A stretch of DNA of 64,000 bases. It comes from Alphaproteobacteria bacterium. GTDB lineage: Bacteria; Pseudomonadota; Alphaproteobacteria; UBA7887. Made by a program: the position numbers and the translations under genes. The notes under the pieces are model-generated. The model worked only from the letters and a program-made list of their open reading frames with translations, had not been told where the DNA came from and did not search any database. The stretch is taken from contig CBDCGL010000011.1 in NCBI GenBank assembly GCA_965216755.1, positions 2,400,001 through 2,464,000 of the forward strand, written 5' to 3'. Below are positions 51,687 through 60,848 of the stretch, in pieces. The stretch's first letter is position 1, and the number at the start of each line of letters is the position of its first letter.

Positions 51687-51904
51687 GGTCTTTTCCTGAT
51701 CAAGAGCGGTCACCTACGCTACGTCCAGCGCCACGGTCATACAAATGGTTGTGGCGGCTTTTCTGGGCCACGCGGCTTTGGCCGGCTGATCGCGCGCGCA
51801 CGACACAGAACAGAGCAAGAAGGCCAGCCTCGACAAACGCGGTGCCCTGACGAAGAGGCCCCAATGAAACGGCGAAGCCCGTGGAAACCGAAAGAAACGG
51901 CGAC

Positions 51905-52357
51905 CTACTCCGCGGCCTTCGGCGCTTGGTCCGCTGCGTCCGGCGTGCGCTGCAATTCCTCCCAGCTCCGATAGGCGGTAAATCCGTCTTCATCGAAGAA
52001 CAGGACCGGGCCATCGCAGAGGAAAAGATAGTCCGTGTCCTCAAGCGCCGTCGTGGCGCCATGCACCATGCCGTTGGGTTCATAGAGATAGTCACCGGCC
52101 TCGAGCGTACCGTCGCGCACCTGAAGCTTGCCGGACAGAATGAAGACATGCGCGCCCGAAAGGTGTTTATGTGGTGGTGCCACGTAGCCTTTCAGCCATC
52201 GGTACAACACCGCCCAGCGACCGCTCTCGGGACTAAGCCAGAGCTTTTTCATGTACGCCTGACCGGGCTTGGTTTCGATCCATTCCATTTCGGCGGTGCG
52301 CACCAGGGTGTCCATGAGTTCGCTGTTCACAGGCGAGATGTCTTGCGGCAGTGCCAT
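51905..52357 (-). CDS. Cupin (ChrR / dihydroxyacetophenone dioxygenase-like)
   Basis: PPHKH, YLYEPNGMVH. Confidence 0.78.
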   Translation of the reverse strand: MALPQDISPVNSELMDTLVRTAEMEWIETKPGQAYMKKLWLSPESGRWAVLYRWLKGYVAPPHKHLSGAHVFILSGKLQVRDGTLEAGDYLYEPNGMVHGATTALEDTDYLFLCDGPVLFFDEDGFTAYRSWEELQRTPDAADQAPKAAE

Positions 52358-52399
52358 GGCTGTTCTCCCGTTGAGGCGCTTGTCGAATCAACAGGCAGG

Positions 52400-53147
52400 T
52401 TAGCGGATCATTCCGATGGTCCGCAATCGACGTGACCCGCCGCCCCAAAGCACAACATGTCGCGATCGCCATCGCATCCAACCGCTGACCAACGGTTCGT
52501 CACGTTCTCTCGGGCCCGTATACGAATAGCTGCCGCATTCCTCCTGTGTCTCGGTTTCGAGACCCCACATGCGGGCCGCGTTGCCGCCGAAGATCTTTGC
52601 CTTGATCTCATCGGTGAGCTGTGGATATCCGCAGCCGTCGATCAGTTCGTCTGGAATGCGGTTACGTTGCGGCTTGAAGGTCTTCAACGCCGCCAGTTCG
52701 TTGTGGTACGGCCAGGCCGAATGAAAGGCGACGAAATCGAGGTCGAGAAAATCGCCGCACGCTCTGTCAAAATCCTCGACATGAGCATAGCGCGCCAAGA
52801 ATTGGCCAACCGGGCTTCCTTTGTAGCAGCCGATATTTTTGATGCCAAGCGCACGACACTTTTCCCAAACCGGGTAAGCAAGCTTTTCGTCGTCGAACCA
52901 CCAACCTCGCGCCACCGTCGTGGACGATCTTGCCGAAGTTCTCGACATTCATGTCGGACGTGCCGTTTTCCATAGCGAAGGCTTTGCCGAAATTATCGAG
53001 CAGCTCGACGAACCACATGCCTTGTGTCGTGGTGTTGACCGCCAGCATGGCACTGGTCAACCGAAGCGCGGACTTCAGAAACTCGCGGCCCGGCAGTTCC
53101 GATTTCTCAGACATTTCATCCATCCGCGCCCGCACCGCATGGCCCAT
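52400..53147 (-). pseudogene. Amidohydrolase-family pseudogene with deletions and frameshift
   Basis: Fragments FLKS..AMLAVN, WWFDDEKLAYPVWEK, FHSAWP and KIFGGNAAR spread over two frames. Confidence 0.65.
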
Positions 53148-53568
53148 GTGACCGCTCCGAAAGAACGCCGTCCCCGCCTGATACCGATCCCACGGGTTAA
53201 TCTTCGCTTTCTCAAATTCCTTGAAATGCCGTAGAAGATCTAGCTCCGCGGAAGTTCCTCCCTGTCGATCACTTTTCGCTGTCGTGTGGTGGCGTTGTCA
53301 TGTGCTGGCTATGCTGCCGCCTCGGTTCTTGGCCGGTCGGGCACCTGCAACAAATCAGCCGAGACTCTTGAACGACATAGCTGCTGAGCCAACTGGTCAG
53401 AGATGATCGAGAAATGTGCAAGATTATTGTGAGTTTGGCAGGGCCACTTTGAGCGCGTTTTTCGACTGCGTGGAATCAATGCTGTTGGCGGCCCGATAGG
53501 GTCTGGGATGGTGGGTCGGCACCACGATGACTCGACCCACCTCTTGCCCATCCGACGTCGTTATCCGG

Positions 53569-55308
53569 TCAGGGCAGCGCGAACACCCAGAGTACGCCAC
53601 CGATCGGCGTCGGCCGCGTGTCGCCGTCCCAACCTCGCTCCGCGGCGAGCGAATTTTCCATGCGCACCGCGTCGACGCCCCAGCCGGCTTGCACGGCAAT
53701 ATACTGCTTGCCGTTGACCGAGTAGGACGAAGGAACCGCGGTAATTCCGGAGTTGGTCTTGAACTGCCAGAGGATCTCGCCGGTCTCGCCGTGGAAGGCC
53801 CGGAAAAGACGATCCCTGGTGCCGCCCGCGAAGACCAGGTTGCCACCGGTGGTGAGCAGTGGGCCCCAGTTGAAGGACTCGAAGTTCTGCGTCCACACCT
53901 CTTCGCCGGTGTTCAGATTCCAGGCCTGGACTTCGCCGATATGGTCCGAACCCTCGACGTAGTACATCTTGATGTCCGGGATCGGCACGCCGAGCCACAG
54001 CTCACCAGGCACCAAGGGCACGTCCTCGCCGATCAACGAACCGCACAGGTTGTCGTTGGCCGGAATATAGAACAGGCCGTTCTTCGGGTTGTACGCTTCC
54101 GGTGGCCAGTCCTTGCCACCCCACAACGATGGGCAGAACTTGATGAGTTCGCCGACCACAGGCTTCTTGGACTCGTCGTAACTCGGCCGCCCTGTTTCCG
54201 GGTCGATGCTTGTGAAGGCGTCTTGGCGCACATATTTATGCGCGTCGACAAAACCGATGTCCGCGCCCGTGCCGCGATCGAGCAGCCACAGATAGCCGTT
54301 GCGCCCCGCATGGGCGAGACCTTTGATCTGCTGGCCGTCGCGTTCAATCGGAACCAGCAACGGGGTGGAAACCTCGTCCCAATCCCACGAGTCGTTCCAG
54401 TGATACTGGTGGTGGCCGACAATCTCGCCGTCCGCAACCCGGATTGCGAGCGCCGAGGTGGTGTAGAGGTTGTCACCCGGGTGCAAGTCGCCGGTCCAGG
54501 GCGCGGCATTGCCGGTGCCCCAGTAGGAGACGCCGGTATCGGGGTCGTAGTTTCCGGTCAGCCAGACCGAGCCGCCGCCCGTCTTCCAAGCATCGTTTTC
54601 CCAAGTTTCATGGCCGGATTCACCCGGACCTGGGATCGTGTGGCGGACCCATTCTATCGCGCCAGTCTCGGCATTTATCGCCGTGATATGGCCGCGGATG
54701 CCGTATTCGCCACCCGACGTGCCGACCATGATTTTGCCTTCCGCAATCAGCGGCGCCATGGTCATGTAGTAGCCTGTCTCCCAATCGTCGGTGGCGGTCT
54801 TCCAGAGTTCCTCTCCGGTCTCCGCGTTGAGAGCGACCACCATGCAATCCGTGGTCGTGATGTAGACGTTGTTGCCGTAAAGCGCGACGCCACGATTGGT
54901 CGGATGGAGCTGGAACAGCTCTTCCGGGATCTCATGCTGGTAGCGCCACAGAAGCTCACCGTTCTCCGCGTCCAGCGCGATCACCTGGTTCTCCGGCGTG
55001 GTGATGAACATGACGCCGTCATTGACCACCGGCGGCGATTGGTGGCCTTCGTTGACATCGGTCGAGAATGCCCAAGCCGGCTTAAGATCTTTAACATTCT
55101 CGGTATTGATTTCTTCCAGAGGGCTGTAGCCCCAGCCGGCGTAATTACCGCGATACATGAGCCAATTCTCGGGCTCAGGGTTGACGAGCCTGTCGTCGGT
55201 AACGGCCGAGTAATCCGCAGCCGCGGCCGCGGCCGCGGCCGCGGGCAGCATCAAAACCCCTGCTACCAGCATGCGACCGATACGCCACACGTATTTTTTA
55301 GCATCCAT
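53569..55308 (-). CDS. Periplasmic PQQ-dependent dehydrogenase (methanol/ethanol family)
   Basis: Signal peptide; NWLMY, YSPL..IN..NV..L..AW, NRGVA, GGEYG, GTGN, WDWD; Trp-docking repeats. Confidence 0.92.
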   Translation of the reverse strand: MDAKKYVWRIGRMLVAGVLMLPAAAAAAAAADYSAVTDDRLVNPEPENWLMYRGNYAGWGYSPLEEINTENVKDLKPAWAFSTDVNEGHQSPPVVNDGVMFITTPENQVIALDAENGELLWRYQHEIPEELFQLHPTNRGVALYGNNVYITTTDCMVVALNAETGEELWKTATDDWETGYYMTMAPLIAEGKIMVGTSGGEYGIRGHITAINAETGAIEWVRHTIPGPGESGHETWENDAWKTGGGSVWLTGNYDPDTGVSYWGTGNAAPWTGDLHPGDNLYTTSALAIRVADGEIVGHHQYHWNDSWDWDEVSTPLLVPIERDGQQIKGLAHAGRNGYLWLLDRGTGADIGFVDAHKYVRQDAFTSIDPETGRPSYDESKKPVVGELIKFCPSLWGGKDWPPEAYNPKNGLFYIPANDNLCGSLIGEDVPLVPGELWLGVPIPDIKMYYVEGSDHIGEVQAWNLNTGEEVWTQNFESFNWGPLLTTGGNLVFAGGTRDRLFRAFHGETGEILWQFKTNSGITAVPSSYSVNGKQYIAVQAGWGVDAVRMENSLAAERGWDGDTRPTPIGGVLWVFALP

Positions 55309-55666
55309 ATCTTGCTCCCTCAGTGGGTATGTGTCGCGGACGCAGGCTCCTGGAGCTCGTCTCAATCCGCGACTGGACTTTTTTTCTGGTTCCGCCAAAC
55401 GACCGTCATGTTCACCGGCAACGATCAGAACGCCCTCGTCCACTGTCGACGGGGCTCAGGCACGGCCCGCTTGCTGGTGCGACCTCCCTTTCTCCCGCGA
55501 TCAATAAGTTTTCTCGTCTACATATTTCCTAGACAATTGTCTGCCGTCGGTTGCACACGCATTCATGATGCGATTTTCTTGACTATGCTTAAGTGTAGCC
55601 ACATCTGCCGGATCGTGGCAGATGTGGCTACGCCCTGGCGCCTGTCGGTCGCTAGGGAGGACTCGG

Positions 55667-56890
55667 TTATGTCAATTTCACGCTCTGATTGCTGTCGCGA
55701 ACAACGATTTCTTTGAAACGCGCCAGGCCGGTTCGGCGTTGGAAAACCGTGTTGGCGATGATCCAAACCCGAACAACGCGCGTCGCAGGGCCACCAATAT
55801 GTTGGGCATAGTCGTCGTAGACGTTGCGGCTCTCTGATATCCACTGACCCAGTGAGTCCCGCCCGTTTCGCACCACCATGTGTGTCTCTATTGGTGTCCA
55901 TCGCGGCAACGGGCAACGAAACACATACCCGACGGGCATGTCCACGCTCCACATGTACGTGATATCCTGGCCATCATCGAATTCGACGGCCATCGACAAA
56001 TAGTCGTGCGTGACGATTTTGTTCTCGGACAATGGCGACGGCAGTTCCTGCACATTCCAATGCCAGTCCAGCACGGTATCAGGGGCGAGCGGCATGGAAA
56101 CATCGCGTTCGAGGATACAAACGTTTTTATGAGTATGGCAGCAGATCTCACCGTCCGCGCACGACGAGAATATGCCGCCAGCGCCGAACATGAAGCCTGG
56201 TCGCCAGCCATCGGGCAGAGGTGGTTCAGTTTCTAGCCGCGTGACCTCTTCACGTATGGCGCCGGCAACATCGCCTTGATCCAGCAGACTACGCAACCCT
56301 GATAGAGGATCGCCGTTCCAGACCAACGCGACGGCCTCGATACGACCATCGCCTTGCTGATAGACGTCTTGTGGCATTGCCACGGCTTCCGCTTTCTCGT
56401 CCACCCAATCGGCGATTGCGCGCGCAACCGAAACCGGACCGGAACGGGCCGCAACCATCGTGCCCGTATTGTTCATTGGCGTGTAGATTGGGCTTTCGCC
56501 GCCGGCACGCGCGAACAGCGCAATGCCAGGTTCGACCCACACGTCGAGCTCTCTCGCAACCCACCAGCGCCCGCTGGCCAAAAAGGTCACGTGCTGACCT
56601 TCTTTAACGTCCAGGCCTATGTCTTTCCAGGGCAGGTCGGTTCCGACGATTTCAAAGCTTGCATAACTATGCAGCTCTGAACTGTCGGCGGCCTGGATGA
56701 TCCGCTCAATGCCTTGGGTAAACTCGTCGGGCGCCATCAAGGTGTGCATCTGGGTGGCCGCCGCGGTGCGAATATATGACATGACCGTCGGCCCAGAGAG
56801 GCCGAGGGCCGCGAGGCCTTTTAGTATTTTCCGCCGCGCGGCGGCGTCTTGAGGCAAATCGAAGTCTGGGTTCTTGATTTCTCTACACAT
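55667..56890 (-). CDS. Tat-exported DUF3047-like protein
   Basis: ARRKILKGL signal; L.W.W.V..LP, HDY, ITYMWS, RNVYDDY. Confidence 0.7.
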   Translation of the reverse strand: MCREIKNPDFDLPQDAAARRKILKGLAALGLSGPTVMSYIRTAAATQMHTLMAPDEFTQGIERIIQAADSSELHSYASFEIVGTDLPWKDIGLDVKEGQHVTFLASGRWWVARELDVWVEPGIALFARAGGESPIYTPMNNTGTMVAARSGPVSVARAIADWVDEKAEAVAMPQDVYQQGDGRIEAVALVWNGDPLSGLRSLLDQGDVAGAIREEVTRLETEPPLPDGWRPGFMFGAGGIFSSCADGEICCHTHKNVCILERDVSMPLAPDTVLDWHWNVQELPSPLSENKIVTHDYLSMAVEFDDGQDITYMWSVDMPVGYVFRCPLPRWTPIETHMVVRNGRDSLGQWISESRNVYDDYAQHIGGPATRVVRVWIIANTVFQRRTGLARFKEIVVRDSNQSVKLT

Positions 56891-57080
56891 GCTTCCTCCC
56901 CAACGGCAATCAATACGCCTTGTACCCTTGCTTGTGTCGCATATGGGGGGCGTCGGTTGGTGATCTTCGCGAAAGTATTTTGTAATTTGATTGTGAGGAT
57001 TCATCGTGGGTTGGCGCGCGAGGCGCCCCGTGCCATGCCGCGTGAATCAGTTTGCCGACCTGCCGAAGGAGATCAAGACG

Positions 57081-57785
57081 ATGAATGTTGCAGACAAAAA
57101 GGCGATTGTGTTCGGCGGAACATCTGGCATTGGCTTGGCCGCCGCAAAGCAACTCGCCGCGCTCGGGGCGTCTGTTATCGCGGTCAGCCGGGACCCGGAC
57201 AAAGCCGGCGACGTCCCGGCCGGCATCAGCCTTCGAAAATGTGATGTGCGCGATCGCACCGCCGTCTCGGAGCTGTTTCAGACGTGCGCACCATTTGACA
57301 TATTGGTGAATGCCGCCACGGGTGGTCGGCGCGCCTTGGGGCCGTTTCTGGAAATGGATATGGACGGTTTTCAGAACTCCTTCGACAAGCTGTGGGGCTA
57401 TGCGAACGTGATTCGCTATGGCACCACACACATGAGCCCGGACGGCACGATTGTGCTGGTCAGCGGGGCGCCGGCGCGCAAGGCGAAACCGGGGCAGGTG
57501 TCGTTGTCCTCGGTTGGTGGCGCGGTTGAAGCTTTTGCGCGCGCCGTGGCGCCGGAAATTGCGCCGCGCCGCTTGAATGTTGTATCGCCCGGCTCGATCG
57601 ACACACCGATGATTTCATTGCAAGGCGACGAACGTCGTGCCTTCTATGAAAAAGCGACCGCCAAGCATCTCATCCCGCGACCGGGCACCGCCGAGGAGGT
57701 TGCACAGGGCATCATTTTCGCGATCCAGAACGACTTCATTACGGGTACGACAATCGATGTTGATGGCGGCGCGCTGCTTTCGTGA
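57081..57785 (+). CDS. Short-chain dehydrogenase/reductase
   Basis: GGTSGIG, NVVSPG.IDTP, ITG..IDVDGG; AAGGAG RBS. Confidence 0.9.
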   Translation: MNVADKKAIVFGGTSGIGLAAAKQLAALGASVIAVSRDPDKAGDVPAGISLRKCDVRDRTAVSELFQTCAPFDILVNAATGGRRALGPFLEMDMDGFQNSFDKLWGYANVIRYGTTHMSPDGTIVLVSGAPARKAKPGQVSLSSVGGAVEAFARAVAPEIAPRRLNVVSPGSIDTPMISLQGDERRAFYEKATAKHLIPRPGTAEEVAQGIIFAIQNDFITGTTIDVDGGALLS

Positions 57786-57924
57786 ACGCGCTGACCACCC
57801 GACACGCCGTGATCGTTATTGCGGGGCGCGCATCCGCATTTGACGATGGCCGCCGCGGCAAGTGCCATCTTGTGTACCAAATTCGTGGATATCTGGGCGT
57901 ATCGCGCCGGGTCAGCGCTGTCGC

Positions 57925-59430
57925 CTAGTCGGCGACGCGGATGGTGACTCGCGCGCGCGCCAGATGGGTCGGATCGATGCGTGAAAAGGACGAAACCAAC
58001 TGGGACATCGAGTCGACCGGAAGCGGCGTCAGATCGGCGACCTTGTAGGCTTCGGGCAGCTTTGTTCCGACCTCCTTATAGGAAGCAAGGCAGACAACCT
58101 CTTCCTGCACGCCAGGTCGTTCGAAAACGATATCGAACAGCGCGTCTTGGGACGGAATCTGCAGGGTCTTGCCACCGATGGCGTAAGGGTCGGGCTGGAA
58201 GCTGTTCGGGAAAATGCGCGCAATCTGGCCCCGGTCGTCTCGGTAATAGCAGTAGACGTAGGAATCCTGCGAGGTCGTCACCGCCAAGCGCAAAACCTCT
58301 TCCACTCTGTATTCGGGGGCGGCGCCTTTCTCGGTCACAAGTTCCAATCCAAGCGGCGGCGGCGCGGTCACGTCGACGGTCGCCGGCTCGGCCAGCTTCG
58401 GTCTGTATCCCAGCGCAAGATCTTGGGCGATCAGCGACCGATAGAGCTGAAGATCGATGTCGCCGTTCGCCAGCAAACCGTTTTCCGCCTGATAGCGGGA
58501 CACCGCTCCTTTTGTACTTGTGTCGAGCGTGCCGCTGATCGGACCGTAATAATAGCCTTCGCTTGCCAGCGCGCGCTGCACAAAAACGATGCGGTCTTGC
58601 GAAGACATGGACTCAAACCACGATCTTGCCACCGCAATCATTTCAGGATTGGTCTGTTCGATTTGCAGGCATCGCCAATACGGCACTTCGGTGAGTTTCC
58701 CCATGATCTCGATAGCGCTGAGTTCAATGAGCGTTCGAGTGGCCGCGTGAACACCTTCGCTGTTGTTCATCGAGACATTGAAAAACAGACCGGCCTTGCC
58801 GATCGTCGCGTTGGCATCACCGCCAACGCCGGTGCGGCTCACCGCAATCGAGTTGTTCGCCGCGATACCTGGCAAAATTTGGCGGGTCGCAAGATGCGCC
58901 ATGTTCATGTCGACTGACACAACCGACACGACCAAGTCTTTGGAAACACCCAAGCTGAAGTCGGGGACCGCGACGCCGCCGCCGACTTGTTCGGCAATCA
59001 CACCCGAATCGAGCTGCGTGATAGCGCCGCGGATATAGTAACTCGGCACGCGGAACTCGTCGGTGTAGCCAATCAGAGCCTGTAACTCTGCAACGTCGTC
59101 TTGGGACTGGTCAAAATCGACGAATGTAAACGCCTTGCTCTTCACGGACATGCGCGAAATCGCCGAAATCAGCATGTCCTTGGTGCCGGCGCCCACCTCG
59201 CCGGTCTCGTCCGGAATGCCATCACTGGTCACCACCACGTCGCGCACGCCAAAAGAATGGAACATATCGTCCATACACTGCAGCGCCGGCGTGAAACTGG
59301 TGATATTGCGCATCGGCGTCGTCTTCGGCTGGGCCACGGTATGGGCGGTTTGCGGATTTGACGTCACGCAGGCCGAGAGCGAGAAGACTAGGCTTAAGGC
59401 TGCCAGGTACTGAACGGTGTTTCGTTTCAT
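57925..59430 (-). CDS. CsgG/HfaB-like lipoprotein fused to peptidoglycan-binding and DUF4384-like domains
   Basis: Lipobox LSAC; TSFTPALQC, IPDETG, YYIRGAITQLD, VVSVDM; VQRALASEGYY...AVSRYQAENGL; YVYCYY...RIFPN. Confidence 0.78.
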   Translation of the reverse strand: MKRNTVQYLAALSLVFSLSACVTSNPQTAHTVAQPKTTPMRNITSFTPALQCMDDMFHSFGVRDVVVTSDGIPDETGEVGAGTKDMLISAISRMSVKSKAFTFVDFDQSQDDVAELQALIGYTDEFRVPSYYIRGAITQLDSGVIAEQVGGGVAVPDFSLGVSKDLVVSVVSVDMNMAHLATRQILPGIAANNSIAVSRTGVGGDANATIGKAGLFFNVSMNNSEGVHAATRTLIELSAIEIMGKLTEVPYWRCLQIEQTNPEMIAVARSWFESMSSQDRIVFVQRALASEGYYYGPISGTLDTSTKGAVSRYQAENGLLANGDIDLQLYRSLIAQDLALGYRPKLAEPATVDVTAPPPLGLELVTEKGAAPEYRVEEVLRLAVTTSQDSYVYCYYRDDRGQIARIFPNSFQPDPYAIGGKTLQIPSQDALFDIVFERPGVQEEVVCLASYKEVGTKLPEAYKVADLTPLPVDSMSQLVSSFSRIDPTHLARARVTIRVAD

Positions 59431-59484
59431 TTCGGCCTCCGTGCGGTCGCGCAGTGCGCTGTCGCTCGCTCGCGTCGTAGCTAG

Positions 59485-59784
59485 CTAGCAGTTCCGATTG
59501 ACGTTGATGATGTCCCTGGCGACGATGATGACCTCTCGTGGTGGCCGCGCGTTGCCACGTAAGTCGCCGACGATCAGGTCACTACACCCGTCATTCGTGA
59601 TACGGCCGAATTTCTTGGGGTCGGCCTTGCGTCGACTCAGGCCTTCCGCGACCACGGAGTTCACCTTGGCTTGCGAGCCGGGGTCAAGATGCGGCCGATG
59701 ATTGATCTCTTTGGCCGACGCGCTGGTGAGCAAACCGATCACCAGGCCGACGCCGGCAAATATCGCGTATGTTCGGGTTTTCAT
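59485..59784 (-). CDS. Small secreted protein with two Cys
   Basis: Signal peptide ending ASA; C...PREVIIVARDIINV...C; GGAG RBS. Confidence 0.7.
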   Translation of the reverse strand: MKTRTYAIFAGVGLVIGLLTSASAKEINHRPHLDPGSQAKVNSVVAEGLSRRKADPKKFGRITNDGCSDLIVGDLRGNARPPREVIIVARDIINVNRNC

Positions 59785-59818
59785 CGCTCTCTCCCTGCGC
59801 TCTGCCATCGCGCGACGG

Positions 59819-60235
59819 TCAGCAGCTATCGCCAAACGCGCCGACAGCGACACAAGACCGAGTGCCGGCGCCGCCGGCCACGTTCAAGACGCTTTCGACG
59901 ATAACCGTTTGCTTGAAGCTCCCGGGGATGGTCACGTCGCCTTGGACAGTGCCGACGTACATTTCGGCCTCGCTGCCAACGCCGTTGGCCAGATTGACGG
60001 CGCGATCGACCGCCGTCGCATTCGTCAGGTTGCCGCCGACACGAATATCCCCGGCAATCGCGCCAATCGACTGAATGGCCGTACTACCGGCGCCGCGCGC
60101 CTGATTGGCGGCCTCGTTGACAATAGCGACATTGACGAGACGCCCGCCGACTTCAATTTCACCCGCCGAAACCGCGCCTGCCGACACTTGGGCCATAACC
60201 GCGGCAACGACTAGGAGCATTATCCTTCGGTTCAT
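59819..60235 (-). CDS. Secreted beta-repeat protein (3 repeats, C-terminal Cys pair)
   Basis: Signal peptide; three ~37-aa imperfect repeats. Confidence 0.75.
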   Translation of the reverse strand: MNRRIMLLVVAAVMAQVSAGAVSAGEIEVGGRLVNVAIVNEAANQARGAGSTAIQSIGAIAGDIRVGGNLTNATAVDRAVNLANGVGSEAEMYVGTVQGDVTIPGSFKQTVIVESVLNVAGGAGTRSCVAVGAFGDSC

Positions 60236-60409
60236 CTATTTGGTCCCATTACACAATTTCGCATCGGCTTGGTTGCCTAAGACCCAACCGCGGGCGGCCA
60301 GCATTCAGCCAAATATACAGCAAAATCTCCCACCGTGGCGTTCGGGCAAACAGCCCATGTCCCGTTCGACGCGGGCGCGCCCGAACCACGGACCGCCGCG
60401 GCGATTTGT

Positions 60410-60736
60410 CTATTCGCCAGCAACGCTGATCGTGCCGATATTCTGCGTGGCGGTGCTTTCGAAGCCATGTGCCAAGTTGACGGCATTCTGGCCCACAACG
60501 CCGACATTGACGAGGTCGCCGCCGACGAAAAGGCCGGCGTCGTCGCTGATGCTGATGGTGCCAATGTTTTGTTCGGCGCTGCTGCCGGCACCAAACGCCA
60601 GATTGACCGCATTTTGGCCGACGATACTCAGGTTCACGGCGTTGCCGCCAACCTCGAGGTCCGCGCCGAAGGCAGTGCCCGCGCTGATCAGACCGATGGC
60701 GGCGGCCACCGGCAGACTTACAAATTTGGCAAACAC
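60410..60736 (-). CDS. Secreted beta-repeat protein (2 repeats, no Cys)
   Basis: AAGGAG RBS; signal peptide; two ~42-aa repeats L.VGG..VN..[IV]VGQNAVNLA.G..S.A.QNIGTIS. Confidence 0.78.
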   Translation of the reverse strand: MFAKFVSLPVAAAIGLISAGTAFGADLEVGGNAVNLSIVGQNAVNLAFGAGSSAEQNIGTISISDDAGLFVGGDLVNVGVVGQNAVNLAHGFESTATQNIGTISVAGE

Positions 60737-60848
60737 GGCTATGTACTCCTTTGAAGTTCTGAGATGTAGCGTTTTTCTCTACACACGAAGGTCGGTCCCA
60801 ATAGGGGTTAAAGTTGCCCAACAAATCAGCGTGAGGGCCCGCTCGCTA

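Noticed and set aside
53527-55716. 729-aa plus-strand ORF
   Set aside because: Antisense shadow of the PQQ dehydrogenase; no motifs
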